64,000 bases of DNA from Longimicrobiales bacterium (GTDB lineage Bacteria; Gemmatimonadota; Gemmatimonadetes; Longimicrobiales; Gaopeijiaceae), in the NCBI GenBank assembly GCA_965116905.1, contig OZ220732.1, positions 4,128,001 to 4,192,000 on the forward strand. Reading direction: 5' to 3'. Every line of letters starts with the position of its first letter. The first letter of the stretch is position 1. The notes beneath the pieces are model-generated. The model made no database searches and was not told where the DNA came from. It worked only from the letters and a program-made list of their open reading frames with translations. Shown here one piece after another: positions 50,676 to 59,067 of the stretch. The translations under genes and the position numbers were made by a program.

Positions 50676-51086
50676 GTGACGATCCGAGGCAGCCGCCACC
50701 TCGGTGCCCCGCCAGCGGCAGGCCAGACTGAGGCAACATCCGTTAGCCCACTGGCCCATCTCCGCAGCCCATCGCCGGACCGATCCCGGGACCGCGCTTT
50801 CCAACCCCCCGCTGTCCCAAACCGTCGAAACACAGGCCGATCCTGCTATAGACGGGTTTTGAAACGGCGGTTTCGGCGAGGTCCGGGACCCGCTGGCGGA
50901 TGACCCCCAGGAGCCACCGGCGGCCCGCTGGCGGGCGATCGGGCATCGGCGACCCTTCCACGTCATCCCGACCCGAGATCGTGCGTCCTGGGCCATCACA
51001 GAGGGCCGGAAATCGGCCGTTATCTTTCAGGTGCACGGAAGCACAATTCACATAAGCCGTTGCCGGACTTGAACCTGGAGGATCAC

Positions 51087-52535
51087 ATGAACACCACGCA
51101 ACTCGGAGAACGGATCGCCGAACTCGCCGCCCGGATCAACATCGCCACCCACGAGATGCTCACCCTCGTCGCCGAGTTCGACCGCCGCGAGGGATGGGCC
51201 GACGCCTTCGACTCCTGCGCCGAGTGGCTCGCCTGGCGGACCGGACGCACGGTCGCCACCTGCCGCGAGAACGTACGCGTCGCGCATGCGCTCGAGGACC
51301 TGCCCGCCACCTCGGCCGAGATGAAGGCCGGGCGCCTCTCCTACGCCAAGGCGCGGGCCATCACCCGGGTGGCCACGCCCCGGACCGAGGCCGAACTCCT
51401 CGACTACGCCCGCAAGGGCTCGGCCGCGGCGGTGGAGCGCATGGTGCGGGGGGTGAAGCACCTGTCGCGCGACGGCGAGATCGGGGCCGAAGAGGCCCGG
51501 CACCGGGCCCGCACGTTGTCGGTCGTCATCGCCGCGGACGGGACGTACGTGGTGCGGGGCCGGCTCGAGCCCGAGGCCGGAGCCGTGCTGATGCGGGCCA
51601 TCGAGGCCGCGAGCGACGCGCTGTACCGGGGCGAGGACCCCGATGCGCGGCCACGGAGCCGCCAGCGCAGGGCCGATGCGATGGGGCTCGTCGCCGAGCG
51701 GGCGCTGGCGGCGGGGCTGGGAGCGGGGGCCGATGCGAGAGAGGAGGCCGACGCGGGGGAAGCGATCGCGGAAGCGACGCCGAGCGGGACGCGGGCCGAG
51801 CGGTACCAGGTGACGGTGCACACCGAGATGGCCACGCTGGAGGAGGGCGGCGCGGGGGGCCGGTCGGAGCTCGACGGGGTGCGGGTGAGCGCCGAGACCT
51901 CGCGGCGCATGGCGTGCGATGCGTCGCTGGTGGGGATGCTGCACCGGGAGGGCAAGGTCGTCAGCGTGGGGCGGAAGACGCGGACCATCCCGCCGCACCT
52001 CCGCCGGGCGCTCGAGGAGCGGGACCGGGGCTGCCGGTACCCGGCCTGCGGGAGCCGGTTCACCGAGGCGCATCATGTCCGGCACTGGGCCGACGGCGGC
52101 GAGACGAGTCTGGCGAACACGGTGCTGCTCTGCCGGCGGCACCACCGGCTCGTGCACGAGGGCAGGGTCCGGATGGCGCTCGACCGGCACGGCCGGGCGG
52201 TGTTCTTCGCGCGCAGCGGGGCGGCGGTCGCGAGCGCGCCCCCGCTGCCGGAGCCGAAGCTGCCCCTGCCGCCCCCGCCCCCGCTTGGGCCCGGCGAGAT
52301 GTACAACGGTGCGGCACGACTCCTGGACTCGGCGATCCCATGGGAGATCGAGGCCGCGGCACGGGAGGCGGTGGAGGCGGCACCGGAGGCGGGCGAGGTG
52401 GGCGAGCAGGCCGGCGAGCCGGGCGAGGTGGTGGAGCAGGCCGGCAGGGCCGACCGCAGAACCGACCGCAGACGCGAGGACCCGGACCGCCGCAGACGCC
52501 AGGACAATCCGCCACCACCCGCCCAGGCCGCCTGA
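51087..52535 (+). CDS. DUF222 (13E12-like) domain HNH endonuclease
   Basis: FDRREGW...SCAEWLAWR, GRLSYAKARAITRVA, QRRADA, RRMACDA, RDRGCRYPAC..AHHVRHWADGGETSLANTVLLCRRHHRLVHEG; RBS ggagg. Confidence 0.9.
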   Translation: MNTTQLGERIAELAARINIATHEMLTLVAEFDRREGWADAFDSCAEWLAWRTGRTVATCRENVRVAHALEDLPATSAEMKAGRLSYAKARAITRVATPRTEAELLDYARKGSAAAVERMVRGVKHLSRDGEIGAEEARHRARTLSVVIAADGTYVVRGRLEPEAGAVLMRAIEAASDALYRGEDPDARPRSRQRRADAMGLVAERALAAGLGAGADAREEADAGEAIAEATPSGTRAERYQVTVHTEMATLEEGGAGGRSELDGVRVSAETSRRMACDASLVGMLHREGKVVSVGRKTRTIPPHLRRALEERDRGCRYPACGSRFTEAHHVRHWADGGETSLANTVLLCRRHHRLVHEGRVRMALDRHGRAVFFARSGAAVASAPPLPEPKLPLPPPPPLGPGEMYNGAARLLDSAIPWEIEAAAREAVEAAPEAGEVGEQAGEPGEVVEQAGRADRRTDRRREDPDRRRRQDNPPPPAQAA

Positions 52536-52537
52536 GT

Positions 52538-52574
52538 CCCGCGTTTCCGCGGCAAATCCAGGGACACCCGCATG
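52538..52574. repeat. Right inverted repeat flanking the DUF222-HNH gene
   Basis: cccgcgtttccgcggcaaatccagggacacccgcatg, starting 2 nt after the stop codon. Confidence 0.85.
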
Positions 52575-52646
52575 TCGGGATGGGACAGGGACCGGCCGCA
52601 CAACGACCCCGGAAGCCGGCAGCCGGGCAAGCGGTGCCACGCATGA

Positions 52647-52727
52647 TCGGCCCGCCACGGACGCTCGGCCCGCCACGGACGCTCGGCCCGCCACGGACGC
52701 TCGGCCCGCCACGGACGCTTGGCCCGC
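52647..52727. repeat. 4.5 x 18-bp perfect tandem repeat
   Basis: tcggcccgccacggacgc x4 plus a partial copy, no spacers. Confidence 0.9.
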
Positions 52728-52776
52728 TGCGGGCCCACGACCTCTGCGGGCGACCGGGCCTGACCCCGTAGCTCGC

Positions 52777-54318
52777 TTACCAGCTCCAGGCCGGGTCCAC
52801 CGCCTTTACCGCGAGCCCAAGCGCTTCCAATTCGCGGTCGCGGCGGTCCGACGCATAGGCTGCGGGGGAGCGGTGGCTTTGCACCACCATGACCAGGTCG
52901 CGCGACGGAACGATATAGGTGCTCTGGTTCCCGGCACCGAGCGCGAAGTACGCATCGAGCGGCAGGGTCGGGACCCGATCGCCGCGACCGCTCTCGTCCG
53001 GCGTATTCACCCAGAACTGCCCGCCATAGACCGGCGGGTCCCAGGCCGGCGCCGGCGAACTCACGAATTCGACAAACTCCTCCGGCAGCAGCCGCTCGCC
53101 GTTCCACATGCCACGCTGCAGGTAGAGCAGCCCGAGCCGCGCCCAGTTCCGGGGCGTGCCGTAGTTGTACCCGGTCAGGATGAAGTTGCCGTGAATGTCA
53201 GTCTCCATGATGAACCGGCGGATTCCGATCTTGTCGAAGAGCGCCCGCTGGGGCCAGGACAGGTATTCCTCGCCAAGCTCGTTTTCGACCGTGCGCCGCA
53301 CGATGTACCCGAGTGTCCACGGGTCCGAGTTGCGGTAGCGGCCGACCGTATTGGGCGGGAACTCGGGCTCTCGCGTCGTCGAGAACCTGAATACGTCGAT
53401 CGGCGCTTCGTAACCCATCCAGTGATCCCACTGCCCCGGCACGAACGCCGACGCCATCTGTTCCGGGGTTGCTCCCGAGTTGGTGAAGCGGAGGCCGCTC
53501 GACATTCGAAGCAGGTCCGCAATCCGGATCACGGCGCGCGGATCGCCGGCTGAATTCTGCCACTCCGGCACCGGCGCCGCCTGCCAGAGCTCGAGATGGC
53601 CCATCTGGATGAGACGGCCGATAAGCGTGGCCGTCATGCTCTTCCCCATCGACCAGCTCTCGAGCTGCGTGTCCTGGTGCACGCCGGGACCGTACTGCTC
53701 GGCGACGAGACGCCCGCGATGCACCACCACAAAGCCGGCCCGGTTGTCCCCGGGAGTGAGCATGACCCGCACCGCTTCCGCCAGCAGTCCGCCGTCCACA
53801 TCGTCGGGAAGCGGCCCTTCCGGGAGAAGATCGCCCATCGGCCACGGCGTGGACGCCGCGTCGGGCAACGCGCTCACCACCTCGCGCGGGGTGAAGAACA
53901 CGTTATCGGTCCAGGGTGGCAGGATGACGCACCCCTGGTCGCCAACGTGCCGCGCTCTGCCGGACACTCTGCCGGACGCTCTGCCGGACGACCTGCCGGA
54001 CCCTCCATCCCGCGTCGTGGTCACGATGCGCCGCTCCTCGTCCACTTCGAAGGCAAAGTGGCCGGCCTCGTAGTCGCTCACGTCTTCATCGGTGAGGAGA
54101 ACGCTCTGGTAAAGCGCGTCACTCCGGTCGCGTTCCGAGACCCAGATGGCCGAGCAGAACCGTTTGGCGAATCCGTTGAGCGCAAACTCGGGCGGCGGCA
54201 CGGGGGACGCAGCGACCGTACCAGCGACCGCGCCAGCCCCGGGCGCTTCAGCCGCCTCGCAGGCAAAGCCGACGACGGCCAGAGCCGCAACCGTGCCGAG
54301 ACTTGTGATCGTCTTCAC
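52777..54318 (-). CDS. Serine hydrolase, beta-lactamase/class C-like (lipoprotein)
   Basis: SxxK SWSMGKS, LLRMSSGL, YRN, LFDKIG, WARLGLLYL, YGGQFW. Confidence 0.88.
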   Translation of the reverse strand: MKTITSLGTVAALAVVGFACEAAEAPGAGAVAGTVAASPVPPPEFALNGFAKRFCSAIWVSERDRSDALYQSVLLTDEDVSDYEAGHFAFEVDEERRIVTTTRDGGSGRSSGRASGRVSGRARHVGDQGCVILPPWTDNVFFTPREVVSALPDAASTPWPMGDLLPEGPLPDDVDGGLLAEAVRVMLTPGDNRAGFVVVHRGRLVAEQYGPGVHQDTQLESWSMGKSMTATLIGRLIQMGHLELWQAAPVPEWQNSAGDPRAVIRIADLLRMSSGLRFTNSGATPEQMASAFVPGQWDHWMGYEAPIDVFRFSTTREPEFPPNTVGRYRNSDPWTLGYIVRRTVENELGEEYLSWPQRALFDKIGIRRFIMETDIHGNFILTGYNYGTPRNWARLGLLYLQRGMWNGERLLPEEFVEFVSSPAPAWDPPVYGGQFWVNTPDESGRGDRVPTLPLDAYFALGAGNQSTYIVPSRDLVMVVQSHRSPAAYASDRRDRELEALGLAVKAVDPAWSW

Positions 54319-54475
54319 AATGTTCCTCCGGTATGCGCCGACGCCGGGCCGGGTGTGCGCCAGGTGGCGCCGGGTGGCGCGGAACCCCGATCCGAGCGGT
54401 GTGGCGCGTCTGTAGGCGGTTTGATTTCTGCGGTGAGGCCATCAACATTGGCACCCCACCCTGCCTTGAAGCCAG

Positions 54476-54526
54476 CCGGGACATCGCACTACCCGGGACA
54501 TCGCATTGCCCGGGACATCGCAAGCC
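54476..54526. repeat. 3 x 17-bp tandem repeat just upstream of the S9 peptidase RBS
   Basis: ccgggacatcgca core at 54476, 54493 and 54510. Confidence 0.8.
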
Positions 54527-54541
54527 CGAAGGAGGCCCTCG

Positions 54542-56572
54542 ATGCAAACACCGCGCTCGCTCCTCACCACCTCTCTCCTCTCCGTCGCACTTGTCCTGCC
54601 GACCGGAGCATCCGCCCAGCAGCCCACCGGCCTCCTCGACATGGACACCTACATGGAGATGGAATCGGTCGGCAACCCGCGCATCTCGCCGGACGGGAAC
54701 CACATCCTGTTCACGCGCGGCAGCGTGGACAAGATGAACGACCGGAACCAGAGCCACCTCATGCTCATGGACCTGGCCACGCGCCGGATCCGCGAGCTGG
54801 AGACCGGGAGCTTCGAGGTGTCGTCGCCGATCTGGTCGCCCGACGGTACCAGGATCGCCTTCCTGTCCGACAAGGGCGGGACAAACCAGATCCACATGAT
54901 GTGGCTCGACACGCGCGAGACCGTGCAGTTGACCAACGTCGACCGCGCTCCGGGCGGAATCCGGTGGTCGCCCGACGGCACACGGATCTCGTTCACGATG
55001 TTCCTGCCCGAGACGGGATCGCCGCTGCCGATCAAGATGCCGGCCTTCCCGAGGGGTGCGAACCTCGCCAAGCCGGCCGTCGTCGAGGACCGCATGGGCT
55101 GGCAGCGCGACGGGCGCGGGTACACGCGCAGGGGGAACACCCAGATCTTCATCGTCGACGCGGAACTGGGCGGAACGCCCCGCCAGATCACCTCCGGCGA
55201 AAACTCGCACAACAACCCGCGCTGGGCGCCCGACGGCACGAAGCTCTACTTCAGCGCCGACCTGATCCCCGAGGAGGGCTATGAGCGCGGCAACTCGGAA
55301 GTGCACGCCATCGACCTCGCAACCCTGGAGATCACGACGCTGACCCACCGGCTCGGCCCCGACAACGGCCCGGCCCCGTCGCCCGACGGCAGCATGATCG
55401 CCTACACCGGCTACGACCAGAACGAGAACTACAGCAACCTGTCGAACCTGTACCTGATGGATGCCGACGGCCGCAACAGCCGCATGATCGCCGGCAACCT
55501 CAAGAACTCGCCCAGCGGCATCACCTGGGCGCCCGACGGCTCCGGCCTCTACTTCACGCTCGGCGAAGAGGGCTCGTCGAACCTCCATTTCGTGTCGACC
55601 GACGGGCAAATGGAGCAGGTCACCCACGGCGTCCACTACATCACGGGCGTCTCGATCGCAAAGACCGGGCGGGTCGCGGCCACGAACTCCACCTTCTATC
55701 GACCCAACTACCTGATCACCTTCGACCTGGACGACGCGAGCGAACTCGAGACCCTGGTCGACTACAACGAAGATGTCCTGAGCAACATCAGGCTCGGCGA
55801 GGTCGAGGAGATCTGGACCGAGTCCAGCGACGGCTGGCCGGTGCAGGGCTGGCTCATGAAGCCGGCCAACTTCGAGCCCGGCCAGAAGTACCCGCTGCTG
55901 CTGTGGATCCACGGCGGGCCGGTCGCGATGTACACCGTCCGCTGGAACTGGAATTGGCAGAACTTCGCGGCCGACGGCTACGCGGTCCTGTGGATGAACC
56001 CCCGCGGCAGCACCGGATACGGCCAGGACTTCATCAACGGCATCAACTACCTCTACCCCGGCAACGACTTCCACGACCTCATGGCCAGCGTGGACGCCGC
56101 CATCGACCGCGGCTTCATCGACGAGGACAACATGTTCGTCACCGGAAGCAGCGGGGGCGGCGTTCTCACCGCCTGGATCGTCGGCCACACGGATCGTTTC
56201 CGCGCCGCCGTGTCCCAGCGGCCGGTGATCAACTGGCACTCCTTCGTCGGCACCACCGACGGATCGGGCTGGTACCGGCGCTTCCGCTCCTTCCCCTGGG
56301 AGGACCCGATGGAGTACGCCGAGCGCTCTCCCCTCCACTACGTCGGCAACGTGACCACGCCGACCATGCTGCTCTCCGGCGTCGAGGATCTGCGCACCCC
56401 GATGCCCCAGGCCGAGGAGTTCTACCGGGCGCTCAAGGTCCTGGGCCAGGAGACCCTGCACGTCAAGATCCCCGACGAGTATCACGGATCCCGCTCGGTA
56501 TCACACAGAATCATGACCCAGCTCTACCTGAAAGCCTGGTTCGACAAGTTCCGGGACAAACCGGTGGCGTAG
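54542..56572 (+). CDS. S9 family (acylaminoacyl/dipeptidyl) peptidase
   Basis: WSPDG propeller repeats, IHGGP, NPRGSTGYG, GSSGGG, DLRTP, EYHG. Confidence 0.92.
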   Translation: MQTPRSLLTTSLLSVALVLPTGASAQQPTGLLDMDTYMEMESVGNPRISPDGNHILFTRGSVDKMNDRNQSHLMLMDLATRRIRELETGSFEVSSPIWSPDGTRIAFLSDKGGTNQIHMMWLDTRETVQLTNVDRAPGGIRWSPDGTRISFTMFLPETGSPLPIKMPAFPRGANLAKPAVVEDRMGWQRDGRGYTRRGNTQIFIVDAELGGTPRQITSGENSHNNPRWAPDGTKLYFSADLIPEEGYERGNSEVHAIDLATLEITTLTHRLGPDNGPAPSPDGSMIAYTGYDQNENYSNLSNLYLMDADGRNSRMIAGNLKNSPSGITWAPDGSGLYFTLGEEGSSNLHFVSTDGQMEQVTHGVHYITGVSIAKTGRVAATNSTFYRPNYLITFDLDDASELETLVDYNEDVLSNIRLGEVEEIWTESSDGWPVQGWLMKPANFEPGQKYPLLLWIHGGPVAMYTVRWNWNWQNFAADGYAVLWMNPRGSTGYGQDFINGINYLYPGNDFHDLMASVDAAIDRGFIDEDNMFVTGSSGGGVLTAWIVGHTDRFRAAVSQRPVINWHSFVGTTDGSGWYRRFRSFPWEDPMEYAERSPLHYVGNVTTPTMLLSGVEDLRTPMPQAEEFYRALKVLGQETLHVKIPDEYHGSRSVSHRIMTQLYLKAWFDKFRDKPVA

Positions 56573-56594
56573 GGTCACAGCGAAAGGAAGCACC

Positions 56595-57122
56595 ATGACA
56601 TTCCCAACCATGGCCATTGCAACGCTTGCCCTCCTCGCCGCCGCCTGCGCGCCACAGCCGGAAGCACCCGGGGCCGAAGCCGAGACCGAAGCCGAGCCCG
56701 AGACCATGCCCGACCCCGAGGAGGCCGCGGTCGTGGCCGCCGTCGAACAGCTCTTCGAGGCGATGCGCACCGGCGACAGCGAGATGGCGAGAGCGGTGTT
56801 TCACCCCGACGCCCGACTGGGCCGCGCCGGCGAGGACGGCATCAGCTTCCGGCCCGCCGACGGCTTCATCGAGATGATCGGCCAGCCCCGCGACGAGGTC
56901 TACGACGAGCCCGTCTGGGACTGGACCGTCCAGATCGACGGCCGCCTCGCCCAGATGTGGACCCGGTACGCGTTCTACCGCGACGAGGAGTTCTCGCATT
57001 GCGGCTGGGAAGGCTTCCAGCTCTACAAGGGAGACACCGGCTGGCAGATCACCCAGCTCATCGACACGATGTACCGTGGCGAGGACTGCTGGTATCCGCC
57101 GGGACGCGAGCCTGCGGCGTGA
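56595..57122 (+). CDS. NTF2-like fold lipoprotein
   Basis: Lipobox AAAC; LFEAMRTGD, IDGRLAQMW, FSHCG..FQL, WQI. Confidence 0.75.
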   Translation: MTFPTMAIATLALLAAACAPQPEAPGAEAETEAEPETMPDPEEAAVVAAVEQLFEAMRTGDSEMARAVFHPDARLGRAGEDGISFRPADGFIEMIGQPRDEVYDEPVWDWTVQIDGRLAQMWTRYAFYRDEEFSHCGWEGFQLYKGDTGWQITQLIDTMYRGEDCWYPPGREPAA

Positions 57123-58945
57123 GAAAAGAACTCCCGGCCACCAATCCCGTCCTTTCGGCGGCCGCCGCCGCGCTGGTCGTGTCCGCGTGCGCGGCCCCGT
57201 CGGTCGCGCCCACCACCGCAGAGGTCGAAGCCCTCGCACAGTCGGTCAAGGACGCGATCACCACCGACGCGCTCATGACCTTCTCCGCGGCGATCACGGA
57301 ACACGTCCGCCCGTCGGGGAGCCCCGGCGAGAACGCCGCGATCGACACCATCGTGGCCACGCTGGAGGCACACGGCGTTCCCGTCGTTGTGCACGAGCTC
57401 GACGCCTACGCCAGCGACCCCGTGTCGGCCTCCGTAACCATTCCCGGCACCGATTTCGCGCCCGCGGCGATCACCATGTCCTACTCGGCCCCGAGCGCCG
57501 GCACCGTCGGCGAGGTCGTCGACATGGGAACGCTCGCGGATCTGCCGCGGCTCGAGGTCGGCACCGGCGAGCGCCTCGTGATCGAGGGCGAGGAGTTCGG
57601 CGCCGAACTAACCGATTTGAACGGCAAGGTGGCCATCGTCGACGGCCAGCCGCGCAACGTGCCGACCATCGCGATGGAACGCATGGGCGCGGCGGCGGTC
57701 GTCTTCGTCAACCCCGAGGAGCGCCTCAACGAACTGATCGTGACGTCGACCTGGGGCAGTCCGTCCCTGATGAACCACCACCGGCTGCCGACGATCCCCG
57801 TGGCGCAGGTGGCCCGCAGCGCGGGTGAGGAGTTGCGCGCCCGCATGGCGGCAGGCCGGGTCGAGCTGCGCGTCGAGACCGAGGTTGCGACCGGGTGGAA
57901 GCCGATGCGGCTGGCCGTGGCCACGATCATGCCCGCCGGCGACGAGGACGCGCCGTACGTGGTTCTGGGGGGGCATATCGACGGGTGGCACCACGGCGCG
58001 ACCGACGAAGCCGCCTCGAACGCGGCCATGCTGACGATGGCGCTGGCGTTTCACGAGGTGCGCGACCGGCTTCGCCACGGTCTGGTGGTCGCGTGGTGGC
58101 CCGGGCACAGCAACGCGCGCTACGCGGGGTCGACCTGGTTCGCCGACGAGTTCTTCACGGATCTGCGCACCCGCGGACTCGCCTACATGAACATCGACGG
58201 GGTCGGTCAGATCGACGCCAAACGCTTCGGGGCCTCCGCGTCCGAGGCGTTCGGGCCCTTCGCGGTGCGCGTGGTGTCGGAGACTCAGGGCGAAGCCATC
58301 TCACCGACGAGGCCGGGGCGCAATTCGGACCAGGCGTTCAACGGCGTCGGACTTCCCCTGCTCCAGTTCAACCACACCCGGCTCGCGGAAGACGGCGGCT
58401 ACTGGTGGTGGCACACAACCGAGGACACCTTCGACAAGATCGACCCCGAGGTCCTGAAGACCGACACGGACATCTACGCGCACGCGCTGGCCGAGATGCT
58501 GGCCGGGGCGGCCTACCCGGTGAGTCTGGGCGCGCAGGTCGAGGCGCTGGCGGCGGCGACCGCGGCCCGTGACGAGGCGGCCGGTGGGGCCCTGCAGCTG
58601 GCAGGGCACCTCGGCGATCGGATGGAGCGCCTCCACCGGGTCGCCGCCGAACTGGACGAGCGCGCCGCCGCGGGTACGATCGGGCCTCTCGATCAGCTGG
58701 CCTTCCTGCGGCCTCTTCACCGCGTCATGTACGTCCCCCTGAACAACTACCACCCCGATCCGGGCGTCAGCCTGGGCCCGCTGCCCGGCCTGGCTCCGGC
58801 ACGGATTCTCGCCGAGGAAGACGCTGGCGGCGACCGACGCGGCTTTGCGCTGCCGGTGCTGGTGCGGGAGCGGAATCGCCTGATCGAAGCGGTGGACGAG
58901 GCGTTGCTGGTCGGCGGTTCGATCAGAGGGGAGCGCGCTCGGTAG
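57119..58945 (+). CDS. Peptidase M28 family lipoprotein
   Basis: RPSGSPGE, GHIDGW..GATD, WPGHS, SDQ, WWHT; GTG overlaps the upstream stop. Confidence 0.82.
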   Translation: MRKELPATNPVLSAAAAALVVSACAAPSVAPTTAEVEALAQSVKDAITTDALMTFSAAITEHVRPSGSPGENAAIDTIVATLEAHGVPVVVHELDAYASDPVSASVTIPGTDFAPAAITMSYSAPSAGTVGEVVDMGTLADLPRLEVGTGERLVIEGEEFGAELTDLNGKVAIVDGQPRNVPTIAMERMGAAAVVFVNPEERLNELIVTSTWGSPSLMNHHRLPTIPVAQVARSAGEELRARMAAGRVELRVETEVATGWKPMRLAVATIMPAGDEDAPYVVLGGHIDGWHHGATDEAASNAAMLTMALAFHEVRDRLRHGLVVAWWPGHSNARYAGSTWFADEFFTDLRTRGLAYMNIDGVGQIDAKRFGASASEAFGPFAVRVVSETQGEAISPTRPGRNSDQAFNGVGLPLLQFNHTRLAEDGGYWWWHTTEDTFDKIDPEVLKTDTDIYAHALAEMLAGAAYPVSLGAQVEALAAATAARDEAAGGALQLAGHLGDRMERLHRVAAELDERAAAGTIGPLDQLAFLRPLHRVMYVPLNNYHPDPGVSLGPLPGLAPARILAEEDAGGDRRGFALPVLVRERNRLIEAVDEALLVGGSIRGERAR

Positions 58946-59067
58946 CCACGCGGGTCCCGCCCGACGGGATCACCCCGGCCCACCCGGTTGACCCGCACAG
59001 TTGCCCCGTCTCGGCTCGGGCACACTATTGGTGCAGGTGCAGTCACACACACGAACGCATTGCCGCA

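Noticed and set aside
38036..52574. Prophage or defence island
   Set aside because: No integrase, phage structural, restriction or recognised defence genes; only scattered TA modules among ordinary genes.
50630..52585. Classical IS element with target-site duplication
   Set aside because: No DDE or HUH transposase motifs, and the flanks (..ggag / tcgg..) show no direct repeat. Reported only as a candidate element.
52647..52727. 18-bp repeats next to an HNH nuclease as a CRISPR-like array
   Set aside because: Units are head-to-tail and identical with no spacers, no cas genes are present, and similar tandem repeats occur throughout the window.
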